From contig MNCI01002981.1 of the NCBI GenBank assembly GCA_015680685.1, positions 62,001-126,000 of the forward strand: a stretch of 64,000 nucleotides of DNA, given 5' to 3'. How positions within the stretch are numbered: position 1 is the first letter of the stretch; the number at the start of each line of letters is the position of its first letter. Below are positions 12,059 through 24,088 of this stretch, one piece after another. The notes below the pieces were generated by a model. That model saw nothing but the letters and a program-made list of their open reading frames with translations, searched no databases and was not told where the DNA came from. The DNA is from Gnetum montanum (taxonomy: Eukaryota > Plantae > Gnetophyta). Made by a program: the position numbers and the translations under genes.

Positions 12059-13098
12059 GTATGTCGCTTTGCGTTGCATACAACCATGTATGAATAGTTG
12101 GTAATTATTTCAGATTGCTTTTCTAAAATTCTATAATTGAATTTCATAATAGTTTTCTTTTACATAAGTTAAATGAAATCAATTTCATGTTTGTTTCTGT
12201 TGGATAAATAACAGGATTTTATTATGAATGTTAAGAATTGATCACTGTACAGCCTTTGAAAATAAGAACATGCTTTTGTTGTTTTAAAATTTGACCAACT
12301 AATCTCCTGAGATAGAAATATGACAGAAATTTATGTGATTTAGATAAGTCGAGTTTTGGTATAAAGGTAGTGTTAAAAATAGTAAGTGATGGATCAGAAC
12401 CATACCGTGCGAAGTCATATACAGTTAATGTTTGATGATGGCTAATATCAAGACAAAGTATTTTGTCAAGTACCAGACTGTCAGTACGAGTCTTTACTAA
12501 GGAACATGACCTGTGAACCAACGAGTACAATGTTTCAAATACCTTTACATTTGGGAAATCAGCATGGATGAGTGTAATGAAGAGATGTGAAAAATCATGG
12601 AATCATAACAATATGATAAAGGTCAGGTTGGATGTAAGAAGCTGAAGGCATGGAGCTGCAAAGAGCTAGTTATATGTGTGATATATCAGACAAGGTTTAT
12701 CTGAATGTGAAGTTCATTAAGAAAAGAAACAACATTTGAAGATGACATGTTATAGGAGGTCGAACCATAAGAAGTTAACATTGGAGTGCAGAAGATAACA
12801 GGGCTTTGTGTTGAAGAAGAATTCAGTAGGTTAAGCTACAAGTTGTATCAAGTTTCTTACCAATGAAGGTTTGATATTTGCCATATACAGTGAACCAGGT
12901 TCATGTTATAATCGGAATGATAGTTTCAATAAAACAGTCAATAGATCAGATCTGAAAATACATTAGAGAAGCTCTGGAGAAATTATTAGAACATTGTAAA
13001 TCTGAATAAAATGTTAAAGGCAGAAAATATCACACTGTAGCAGATCAAATAAACGCTGTAAATCACTGAAAAAACCGCTGTAAACTCTAGCAAATGTT

Positions 13099-13527
13099 TG
13101 TTGCAAAAACAGAATAAAATAGCACAAGAACACATAGATTTACATGGTTCGGGCCTCTTTTACCCTACCTCCACGACAATGCTGATTTGCTTCTATATAG
13201 CTCAAATCTTAAGGACACAAGCTGTCCTTATAGCTTTCCCAAGCACCCAATCTGTTACTCCAACTGATCTCAGATCTACATAAAAAAAAGACTCTCATCT
13301 CCAAGGTAAAACCTTAATACAATGCTTCCACCTCAAAAACACACACACTTAAAGGCTACCCCAAGCCTTCTATTTATAATGAAACATTAGGACCAAACCC
13401 CGATCCTCACATATGTGGGATAAAACACATCCCCACATAAACATCACTTTACAAACTGACCCCTTTTAAAACCATAAAAGGAAATACAACAAATAATACT
13501 AATGTATTTGTCTTCATTTTTCCAACA
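13099..13527 (-). repeat. Copia 3' LTR (429 bp); PPT adjacent at 13528-13539
   Basis: Inverted termini TGTTG...CAACA, preceded on the minus strand by AAGGGGGAGTT. Minus-strand TATAAATA at about 13372-79. Confidence 0.85.
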
Positions 13528-15954
13528 AACTCCCCCTTGAAGACAAATCCAACCAGCCTTCAAGAGATGTGCACTTTTGATTAAGCTTCAGTTATTCCAA
13601 GCTTCTTCCTATAGAAAATGTGTTTTTCAGCTATCATTGGTTTTGTTAAAGTATCAACAATGTTAAGCTTTGTATGGACCTTCTAAACATGCACTGAGCC
13701 ATCCTCTATGATTTCTCTTATGAAGTGAAACTGGATATCTATATGTTTCGTCTTGGCATAAAAGGTAGAATTCTTTGCAAGATGGATTGTACTCAAACTG
13801 TCACAAAACACAACATACCTTTGTTGTTTTAGTCTAAGAGATTGCAAGAATCTCTTCATCCATAACATTTCCTTGCATGCTTCGAGGTCTACATATTCTA
13901 ATTTGGTTGTAGATGAAGTTACCAATGGTTGTAGACGTGACAACCAACTCACTGTTGCACGACCAAAAATAAATGTGGACCTTGTAGTGGAACGTCTTGT
14001 ATCATGATCAGCAGCAAAGTTTGCATCTACAAAACCTTCAATGTGTAGATTAGCATCTCCAAAACACAAGCAATGTGTTTTTGTGCCCTTTAAATATTTT
14101 AGAATCCATTTAACAGCCAGCCAATGATTCCACCCAAAGTTGGTCATAAATCTACTAACTACTCCAACAGTATAAGCAATATCAGGATGTGTACAAACCA
14201 TAGAATACATCAATGACCCAACAGCAGAGGTATATGGAACGTTTTTCACCTTTTCAAAATCCTCCTTTGATAAATTAAATTGTGTTGAAAGAGGTATACT
14301 TATGGGTTTTGCATCCTCCATGTTGAAACATTTTCGAACCTTTTCAATGTAATCTTCTTGACTCAATCACAATTTCTTCCTTTTTCTGTCCTTGCAAGTA
14401 TTCATTCCAAGAATTTTCTTTGCCTATCCCAAATCCTTCATAGCAATTCTTTGCCCATTTCCAGTTTTAGATGTTTTATTTCTGCCATGTCATTTCCAGC
14501 AATTAACATATCATCAACATACAACAACAACTTACCTGAAACATCTCCAGAAAAATACACATAGTGGTCCAGATTGTTTCTCTAATAATTCAGCTTCTTC
14601 ATGAAGGTATCAAACCTTTTATACCACTGCGTAGGGGCTTGTTTCAGACCATATAAGCTCTTTCTTAGTCTGCAAACCAGACCTGAACCTTGCTGTTTTT
14701 CTTACCCTTTTGGTTGTTTCACTTATATTTTCTCCTCCAAATCTCCATGGAAGAATGCTATTTTTATGTCAAGTTGTTCCAATTCTACGTCCATATAGGC
14801 CACCAAAGATAGCACTAAACGTATAGAAGAGTGTTTTACCACTGGAGAAAAAATTTCTTGAAAGTCTATGCCTAGTTTCTGTGCATAGCCTTTCACCACC
14901 AACCTGGCCTTGAAACATTTTTTCCCATTGGCCTCTGTTTTAATTCTGTATAGCCACTTGCACTCCAAGGGTTTTCTCCCTTTTGGCAACTAAACTAGCT
15001 TCCACATTTTGTTCTGTTGGAGTGATTCCCATTCATCATTCATAGTTGCCTTCCACTTTGTAGCATTAGTACATGTCATGGCTTCCTTCATTGTTTCTGG
15101 TTCACCACTATCACTGTAAATTACATAATTTAGCGAGGGAGAGTACCTGTTAGGAGGTCTAGTAGCTCTTGTTGACCTTCTAACCCAATGAGACACATCT
15201 GCAGCTTGTTGTTTATCATCTTCTTACTTATTTCCTTGTCCTCCATTTTCTCCTTGCTATCCTAAGTTCTCAGCTTGCTACCATGTAATTTCATCATGTT
15301 GTCCAATGTTTCCAGATTTGGAAAATCCATCATTTTCAACTTCTTTAGTCACCCTAAAAGGAGTTCTCATGCTATCTGAGCCATTGTTGGCCTTGTCTTT
15401 GGTTTGCAGCTCACTAAACATCACGTTTTCTTTGAATTTAACATTCCTTGATCTCACTACACATTTCAATTCAGGATCCCAAAGTCTGAATTCTAAATCA
15501 CGTTCTCCATATCCAACAAACAAGTAACATTTAGCCTTGTCTTGCAACTTAGTTTTGTTCTCCTTTGGAATATGCATAAATGCCTCACATCCAAAAACTC
15601 TTAAATGACTCTCCAAACAACTTCTGGAATAGCATTATCAATTAAAAAATGTGGAGACCTGTTCACCAAATATGTTATAGTCTTAACTACCTCTCACCAA
15701 AACACCTTAGGTAGGCTAGCACCTGAAACAATTGTTTTAGCACGATTTGACAATGTTTTGTTGCATCTTTTAGCAACTCCATTTTCCTGTGGTGTACTCG
15801 GAGGGGTACGAATGTGCCTAATTCCTTTGCTATTGCAGAAATTAGCAAATACTTTGGAAGTGTACTCCCCACCATTATCAATTTGCAAACATTTTATTTT
15901 CAGACCTGTTTCATTTTCTACTCTTGCAACAAATTTTTTGAAAATTGAAAACAA
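13099..15954 (-). mobile_element. 5'-truncated Ty1/copia (integrase, RT, RNase H, PPT, 3' LTR) in a host intron
   Basis: INT: DNGGEY, TPQENGVA, HLRVFGC. RT: CKWLYRIK, KARLVVKGY, LDIKIAFFHGDLEE. RNase H: YTSAVGSLMY, FCDS, TKHIDIQFHFIRE. Domain order is copia-type. Confidence 0.93.
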
Positions 15955-16042
15955 GTAAATCTCTGTGTTCTTGTGCTTTTTCATTTTCGTGGAGGTAGGG
16001 TTTAGGGTTCACTTCTATTAAGGGCCTAAAAAACGTTAATAC

Positions 16043-16560
16043 TGATTCTTGGATGTCTTTCCTTATGCTTGCAAACTAGGTATGTTTAGGTCTACTCTTT
16101 GTTGTTTCCCCTCAACTTTAATAAAGCGACCTCTTCTAACAAGTGTATTCTCAAGTTTTCTTAGCACATGACTAAACCATCTAAGACAACTTTCTTTAAC
16201 CTTTTCATCTATGGGTGCTACTCGCAAACTTCCCTTCATAAGAGAGTTGATTAGATCTTTTCTAGTCACACCCATCATCAACCTTGTCATTTGTATATTT
16301 GCCACATGTATGCGTTGAGCTTGATGTTTTTCAATATGTCAACATTCTGCACTATAAAGGATCTGAAGTTTGATAGTAGTTCTATAGAACTTTCCTTTTA
16401 ACCTGTCAGAGATTCATTTATCACAAAGCATACCACTAGCTTCTTGTCATTTCATCTATCTTGCTTCAATTCTGTTTGTCACATCACTGTTAATATCACT
16501 ATCTATTTGAATAGGTGACCCCAAGTATCTGAATTGCTTACACCAGAGACCATTTAACTT
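16043..16560 (-). mobile_element. RTE-clade LINE 3' fragment
   Basis: FRYLGS, GKFYRT and MMGVTRKD...VAPIDEKVKESCLRWFSHVLR match the C-terminal region of plant RTE elements. Confidence 0.85.
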
Positions 16561-17262
16561 CCACCAACAAAACTCTAAAATCCAGAGTCCAAAATTTTGT
16601 TGAAATAATGATGATTTTAGATAGAAAAGTGGTAACAGATTTTTGAATCTTTTGGTGTTTCAGCAAGTAGCAATTCCGTTCTTGATTTTTGTCTTCATGA
16701 TCTTTTGATTTTGTTTATTACATTATAAGTTAATCTTCAATGCATTTTTATATCTCTAGAACTGTCCAGTTTGACCGTATTATTCTTAATCCATCTCTGA
16801 TCTATAAGATTGCCTAATTAACTTAGAGGCACAAGATGTGCAGTTTATGTAAGTGATTAAAAATACATTTTTCATATGTAAAAAGACTTATAACGATGAA
16901 GTTTAAATTTGGATTTTGGAGTATGTCCAAGGGTTTCCAGGGATTTTAGAGATAACTGACAAACACAGTGAAGGATCCATTACATAAGCAGCTAATCTCA
17001 AAATAATGAAAGGATCCATGGAATGAAATAATCATTATTAGGTTACTGACTTATTCCTAACTTATTTTTTACACCTTTTAAATCTGCTAGCTTCAAGCAG
17101 TTGGATGGTTAATGTGTGTTACATTATCTTCCAAACCTTTTACTGCCTACAATGACTCTTTCATTGGCTTTCAGTCTCCTAAAAACCGCAGCATTATTTT
17201 TCCTATCAATGATCAAAGATAACATAAGGTAGTGAAGCTATCCACATTATATATATAGACAC

Positions 17263-17310
17263 TTGGTTAGAGCATCTAGCTTGTGGTGAGCAAGTCACAG
17301 GTTCAATTCT
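17263..17310 (+). mobile_element. Decayed tRNA-derived SINE-like head
   Basis: TGGTTAGAGC (A-box-like) and GGTTCAATTC (B-box-like) at tRNA-like spacing. Confidence 0.35.
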
Positions 17311-17329
17311 AAGGAATATGTTGGGGGAC

Positions 17330-17398
17330 ACAGTAAAAATATATATTTATGAACTATGGCATCAGGTATACAGTAAAAATATATATTTATGAACTATG
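17330..17398. repeat. Short direct repeat, 29 bp x 2, period 40
   Basis: acagtaaaaatatatatttatgaactatg at 17330 and 17370. Confidence 0.8.
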
Positions 17399-18332
17399 TC
17401 ATCATCAAATCCTTTGCCTAGCTTACTAGTTAGTCCATTATAGATAGAATAAAGGCACCAAGATGATGATGATTGCTTTAGAAAATCTTTTTCCAAAGTG
17501 CTGTCAAATTTTGTAACAACTTTGTAATGTATATGTAATCACAAAATTTCTCTATTACAAATGTTTTGCCGGAGGAATTGCTTGGTTTATGTACAGGCGC
17601 TCACTGTTTCAAGTGCAGATAGCCTGAAATCATTGCCTTGTTATTGAATATCACCTAAAATATTGAGATAGAGACAAGAATGAGAAGAGTAAAACAATAA
17701 GTTTTATATGAACGAGAAACTTTGTTTCAGGTAGAGCTTTAACATTGAGTAGCATATATCACAACTATTGACAGCTGATCACTCAAAGCTACCTACCAAC
17801 CATAACATTAATGAGATAGCAATTTTGTTAGGTAATTCTGTTTCTCTAACTGGGTAGTTTTATGTATTAAAAGTTATTCAGGATTTGAGCCATTGCATAT
17901 TTTTGGGAGGCTTATCGCCGTATTTACTATATTGAACCTGTGATTTGTCGTATTGAATTCACGAGTCATATCAACAAGTTACACCTCACTGACTATACCA
18001 TGTACCAAGTCTTAAACAGCTTCACAAATATAATTTGCTACCCCAGAATACATTCCATTACTGCTACCTATAATAAATAGGTTTTTTCGATTAATAACTT
18101 AATAACAGACACATCAAATTTATTGCCTTAATTGATATAGAAATGTAGCTTTCTTATAAATGAGACTCTAAGCATGCATGCAACAGTTCACCTTTATTAT
18201 GAAAAATGCCACATGAATCATTCAATTGCTTTTTATGTTGCTGTTGGCTTTTAAAATGGTGCTTCTCAAATGACAACTTAATCTCACTGTATGATTTTTT
18301 GAAACTTCTAATATATGTTGTTTGCATTCAAG

Positions 18333-18446
18333 GGCTCTGAACTATGAGAGTTATGATATTGCGTCGGCTGAAGACCTCTCAAATCCCTTTATTTCTATGT
18401 ATTTTGGGGCAGCCTATGTTTTTTGGCTCACAACTTATGAAGGAAG
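18333..18446 (+). CDS. SLT-domain protein, internal coding exon
   Basis: Acceptor caAG at 18331-32 and donor GTTTGT at 18447. 114 nt, phase 2 to 2, in frame with the previous exon. Encodes ALNYESYDIASAEDLSNPFISMYFGAAYVFWLTTYEG (DL..P...GAAY pattern). Confidence 0.9.
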
Positions 18447-18528
18447 GTTTGTTTTACACCACAAAGCATTTTTATTAAACGCTGCTTTACGGCTAAAGTT
18501 TCACGTTGCAGTGTTTCTTTTGAAATAG

Positions 18529-18654
18529 TGAACAGTCAGAGGAGTTCATAATTCAAGCATACATGGCTGGACCTGAAAGGGTAAATGTTCAAGGAACTAG
18601 ACACTTCTGGTTAGACTATCTTGAAGTTTTACCGCTGTATGAGCCTAGGAAAAA
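18529..18654 (+). CDS. SLT-domain protein, internal coding exon (missed by the ORF track)
   Basis: Acceptor atAG at 18527-28 and donor GTGAGT at 18655. 126 nt, phase 2 to 2. Encodes EQSEEFIIQAYMAGPERVNVQGTRHFWLDYLEVLPLYEPRK; AYMAGP matches the SLT AYNAGP motif. Confidence 0.9.
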
Positions 18655-18994
18655 GTGAGTATAATATTATTTAATTATTTCTAATCATAGGAATTTTGCA
18701 AAATAGCATTTTTTAAAATTAAATTGAAATTTGCACAACAAACGAGTAGATCTTATAGTTTCTATTTCTGCATAAATACATATAGTGATAAAGCACTAAC
18801 AAAAAGTAAAACTGCTCCTTTGCTTTTCAGTGTTTGCCTATTTTGTTTATTGTTATCGGAGATGCTTGCCATATTATATGTTTTACCAAATATTTCTTAC
18901 TGCTTGTTTGAAATGATGACATTTCCTATTGTGTTTTTTTGTTTAAATCGTAGAACATTATTAGTTTGAGTTTGATAAGTTTTTTATTTTGCAG

Positions 18995-19025
18995 GAATTC
19001 ACATAGAAGTTGTACAATTTTATGA
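18995..19025 (+). CDS. SLT-domain protein, terminal coding exon ending in CaaX motif (CTIL*)
   Basis: Pyrimidine tract plus gcAG at 18993-94, phase-2 compatible. Encodes (K)NSHRSCTIL, with TGA at 19023-25. Confidence 0.85.
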
Positions 19026-20295
19026 AAGGTGATGACACATTGCTTGGGTATATTTTCCTTGCGTCTTTTCATGTAGTGAACCCACCAAATTCATGTATCA
19101 ACTGATGAAGGAAAATATTAGGCCAATTCATTGGTACTTATATTTATACATACATCATATATATTAAGCCCCTATGCATTTTGAGGTTAGAGTTTCTATT
19201 GATTTCCTGACGCATTATGTTGGGGATTGGTATTTTTATCTTACTTGTCATGATTTATGTATTGATATCAAAGATGTTTATTATAGAGACCGAGGAATGA
19301 TGATTATAGTGTTTAAAGTTGAGAATGGAGATGGAACAATTATAGCTATTATCCAAGCTATAATTTGAATAGATAACAAAACAACCCATTAGGTAATAGC
19401 ATACAGCATATATCTATGACAGGTGGCATCAATTGGACAATCAGGTGTGAAAATCATGGTCACATATTTGCTTACATCCTATGACAAGTATTGTACAAGT
19501 ATCAACTTTCCACCCATAAAAGATCTAGTTTAAACAATTATGCAATGTACAATACTTTGTCTTACTAGGAATCATGAAAGAAAATAAATAAGCTTTAAAA
19601 GCAATTTTTGCTAGATGAGTTTCAGGTCAAATTTCAAGTCCCATATGTGATACTTTTGTTAGAAGGTAATATGTTGCTAAGGCCATGTATCAATTTTTAA
19701 CAGTCTATTTCAATAATAAACATAGTAATAAGATCATCCAAAAATCTTAGCAACAAAGTTGTTATCATGAACAAAAACTATGATGTGGTATTGAAAATCT
19801 AGATGAGATATTACATTTAAAAATGGCTTAGAGAATTGTTAATGTGAATGCTTTGTAAAAATGGTAAAATGACGGGCTATACCAAACAAGCCTTTAATTG
19901 TCTTGAAAAAACAATTTCTCAAGACATATATCTAACATGTTACATTAAAAAAATTACAAAGGAATATAACAATGTCTCAAGTACGTGAAGTAGAAATCTC
20001 TTATTTAAAAATTCTTATTAGACAAGAAGCTAACCATGTAACTTGAAACTATTTGACTACTTACACAAAAGATGAAAGTGCTTGAAGTGTAACTTGAACT
20101 TTTAAACTTTTATCTACTTAATACTTGTTAGACAATGAGATAACAACTTGAGCTTCCTCTCATTGGTTTGGTCTTATAGATGCTTTTATTTATGAAATTA
20201 AAATTGAATTTTTACTTGCATTCACTAATTTCCTCTTGGATCCATAAGAGTGATTTTAGAATTCCTTTTATGGAACTTTATTCAAATTCATAATG

Positions 20296-20368
20296 TAGTG
20301 ATGCCCATTGGAATTGAACTTGTGACCTTGGCTTTTTATACCGAAGCTCTTACCACTAAGCTAGCACC
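20296..20368 (-). mobile_element. tRNA-derived SINE head or tRNA pseudogene
   Basis: Minus strand reads TAGCTTAGTGGTAAGAGC...AAGTTCAATTCC (Pol III A and B boxes). No intact cloverleaf. Confidence 0.5.
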
Positions 20369-21285
20369 TCATAAACCTAAATTTTTAGTTACATTCACTA
20401 AGATGCCCTTGGATATATTGAACAAGAGCATAAGTGTCTTTAATCACGTGTTCTCTACTCTATTTGGAAGTTTAGGTGTGCAATTATTTTCCAGCAAGAG
20501 CATAACTATGACCTCTTATTAGGTGTTAGATATTATATTCTCAAAGATGTCACTTTTTAGTTTCAAGCAAAAAAGCTATTGGTGAAAGCTAAACAATTAA
20601 TTTATTCTCTACAATATTAATTTTTGTTTATTTTGGAGGCTAATGATGGGAAGCTTTTAGCTTCTATTTCTATTTGTTCATTATTTCTAATTAATGTGTT
20701 CTTTTATCTTTAGAGAGAGTATCTCCTTTTGTTTTAGTAAGAAGTGAAAACTCGTAAGAGTGCTTCTCAACAAGGGCAAGGCCTAATCCTTTTCCTGCCC
20801 TAGAGGGAAGGTTTTTTATGATTGGTTGTAAGGGTAAAAATCAAAAAAGGTATTCTCAAAATTATTGGGTTTTTTCTTAAGACTCCCTCTTAGTTGATTT
20901 GGTATACTCTAAATTTTTAAATATTATTATTCATTTTTTGGAATCTAACACAATCACCATAAAAAAAAATTCAAGTAGAAAATCTTGCCAATGAGAACAT
21001 AGCTCAACTAACAAGCATATTGCTTTGTGTGTAACAGCTTGCAAATTGAGTTATACTTAGAGCATTATTACATTGTACCTAAGTTTCATGTTTAGTGTAT
21101 GATCTTGTGATACATAAAGTCATAGTTTTGATTTTAATAAGCTCTATAGTTTTAGTTTTGACAACTTCCTTTGCACTCTCCCTTTTCTAGCTTGTGATAG
21201 GTTGCTTAAGTGATTAGCTCATTATCTTATTAGTCAAAAAATTGCCTATTCAAATCACACTTTAAGCATCCTTATATTCCTTTAT

Positions 21286-21368
21286 TATCATCATCATCCT
21301 TATCTTAACATTGTCCCAACACAATGGGGTTGGCTACGTGAGTTTCTTTTCACCAGTCACCTTTATGA
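21286..21368 (-). mobile_element. 3' terminus of an RTE LINE or RTE-related SINE
   Basis: Minus strand reads cacgtagccaacccca...ttgggacaa followed by a (GAT)n tail, the characteristic plant RTE 3' end. Confidence 0.6.
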
Positions 21369-21599
21369 AGAGTTGTTCATTTTTTATAGCAATGGGCTAT
21401 AGACTGCTATATATTACATTAGGGGAATGCCCCAGCATCTACAAAATTTGAAAAAGAACTCATCCATAAGATTTGACATAGTTTTATAGCTAACTACCAC
21501 CCTCCTTTTGTATCTAGGCTTGGGACTAACATTAAAAAAATTCATCCTCATATTGCTTTATAAAATATCTTCATTGTGGATTTTTAAACATTGATGGAT

Positions 21600-24088
21600 T
21601 AGTACCAGATAAAGTGAAGGTATTATATAATATATCTTTCTTTAATAAATTTGACATTTTTAGTATTGCTAAGACATACAAAATTGAAAACTTTCTAGAA
21701 ATTTTTATTTCAAATTTCTCTGTTTTATCTTTTCCTTATCAAAGAAATGTAGATCATGGAAGACATTTTAGAGGTTTCACTAGTTTTATTCAAAATTCTC
21801 TTCATAAGCAAGTCCAAATAGAAAAGGTTAATGAATATAATTAGTATATTGAGCTAAAAATATTACAACAAAAATCTTTTTTATTTTTATCTTTTTACTA
21901 CTTTTCACCTAGAGAAGCTACTCTTTATGAACAAGAAGGTTTATCATGAGATTTTCTCTTTCAAACCCTTGGTATGGATATTGCTAGCTTTTACTCAAGA
22001 GGAAATATTTATATATGTGATGACTTTAATGCTAGAATTAGTTGTGATTAGATCCTTATTAGTCAGTAAAACCTTCAAGGCTTTTTAGAATATGAGAAGA
22101 GTGCAGAATGGAATTGGTCTTTTTAAGATAAATCATTTAATTATAGGGGAAAACATTTGTTAGAATGGGGACAAGGACTAAATCTATTAGTTCTAAATGG
22201 CATCAATAAATATCCAAATTCAGGTGGCTTTACTATTGTAGGATCACAAGGCAACTCTAGCATTGATTTTCTTCTTTCTAGCCTAGACAATGTTGGTAGC
22301 ATTAAATGTTTTGAAGTAAATAAATATATAATTAAATCTTGCCATCACCCTTTATACTTCATGTTATAAACAAATACACAGTTTCTTAGATATTCTAAGA
22401 GATAAAAGCACTTTAGAATAACTTCAAAAGTGAAGACGGATTTTTAAAATAAAATTCAAAAGATTTAGAATCTAAGTGAGTCTCACAAAAACTCTAATTG
22501 CAGTTGTCGTAAATATTTCTAAAGGCAAAAGTACAAATAATCAACAATGGTTTAATGAAGAATGTAAGATAGCTAGAATTTTATTGAAAACTCGAAGATC
22601 ACCAAAGTCCAAGTTATCTAAAAATTTGATTCTAACTAAGAAGAGGGAATTTGTTAGACAAAGACATAATAGTTTACTAGATATGATAAAAAAAAATTCC
22701 CAAATGTTTTTGGCATTCATTTCAAAGCAAGAGAAAAACAAATTATGCTCTCTCAAAGATACTAAAAGTTTTTATCAAGCTTTGTTTCATAGCAATAATA
22801 AACTAGAAGATTGTCCTAACAATGGTAATACATTATTCATTTCTTTTGATGACACACTATAGGGAATAAAAAAACACTAGCATAAAGAAAAGTTGTTGGT
22901 GTAAATAATTTATATGGAGAAATGCTTAAATGGGGAGGACCATTGGTATGGAATGCTATCTAGAAGAAGTTAAATTTGGTTGTGCAAGTGGGGTGAGAAA
23001 AGAAATGATGCATCAATATAGAAGCTATGCTCTTAAATAAAAGAGACCAAAAAGATTTAAATAATTATAGAGTGATTGTAATTAGCAATATTTTTTCTTA
23101 GCTTTTGGGCACTATTCTAGAATCTATGCTTAGAAGATGAGTTGAAGAAACTTAAACATTCTACTATAGATCATCTCATCACTTTAACTTATCTTATTGA
23201 TAGAGCAAAAGATCCACATAATAAAAGCTTTTATCTAATTTGTAGATTTTTCTAAAGCCTATAATTCTCTCATTCAAAGCAAATTATAAAGGCACTTGGA
23301 AAATTTAGAAGTTCCCATCACATTATTAATGACTATCCAAAAACCTTACAAAGAGGCATACATTCAATTTACAAATAGGCAAGATAGAATTTTATTTAAT
23401 AGTTTTGTTGGTGTTAAATAAAGGTGTTCTCTTTCTCCTACTTTATTTGGGCTTTTTATTGATGCACTTGAAGAGTGGATGCATAAAATACTAACTCATT
23501 TTGCAAATATAATTGGAAGTAATCCTATCAGACTCTTACTCTATGTTGACAATGTTGCCTTAATTTTAAATTCTATAAAGGATTGCAGACAATGCATAAT
23601 ACTCTTAATGACTTTTGTTGGCATTCAAGAATGAAACTTAATATCCCAAAAAGAAAAAAAAATATGATTTATAGCACATGAAATAAAATGTACAATTTTA
23701 CTGTAAGACATGAACATGTAGACATAATTTACTCTTACAAATATCTTGGCCTAGTATGCTACTGCAATCACAAACGGGCTTAATGCATTACTCAAAGAGT
23801 TGCAAGTGGTATAAAAAACTTATTTACTTTAAAAAGAAAATATAAGAAGGAACCTATTCTATCTTGGGATATCTAAAAATAACTTTATCATGTCATTATT
23901 CTGTCTACCATTCTTTATGGATGTGTTATATGGGGTCTTACTTTATTAAATAAATATTAGAAACAAAAAGAAGAAATTCATAAGTTTTTTTGCTTAATGA
24001 ACTTAAAGAGACAAACACAATATGATATTATACCCCTTGAAGTAGAGATGATGTTGTTAGAGGTTGAACCTAGTTATTAGTTCATAGC
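21600..24088 (+). mobile_element. Decayed non-L1 LINE (RTEX-like), 5' part with APE and RT; interrupted by element A
   Basis: APE: IYICDDFNARI, SSIDFLL, SCHHPL, followed by WFNEECK. RT: GVK*RCSLSPTLFGLFID, LLYVDNVAL, YKYLGL. Confidence 0.8.

Noticed and set aside
15997-16009. Telomere-like TTTAGGG at the copia break
   Set aside because: A single unit is expected by chance and partly overlaps the LTR-derived filler.
11949-19025. Bacterial contamination or recent HGT as the source of the SLT gene
   Set aside because: The gene has spliceosomal introns containing plant TEs and a eukaryotic CaaX end.
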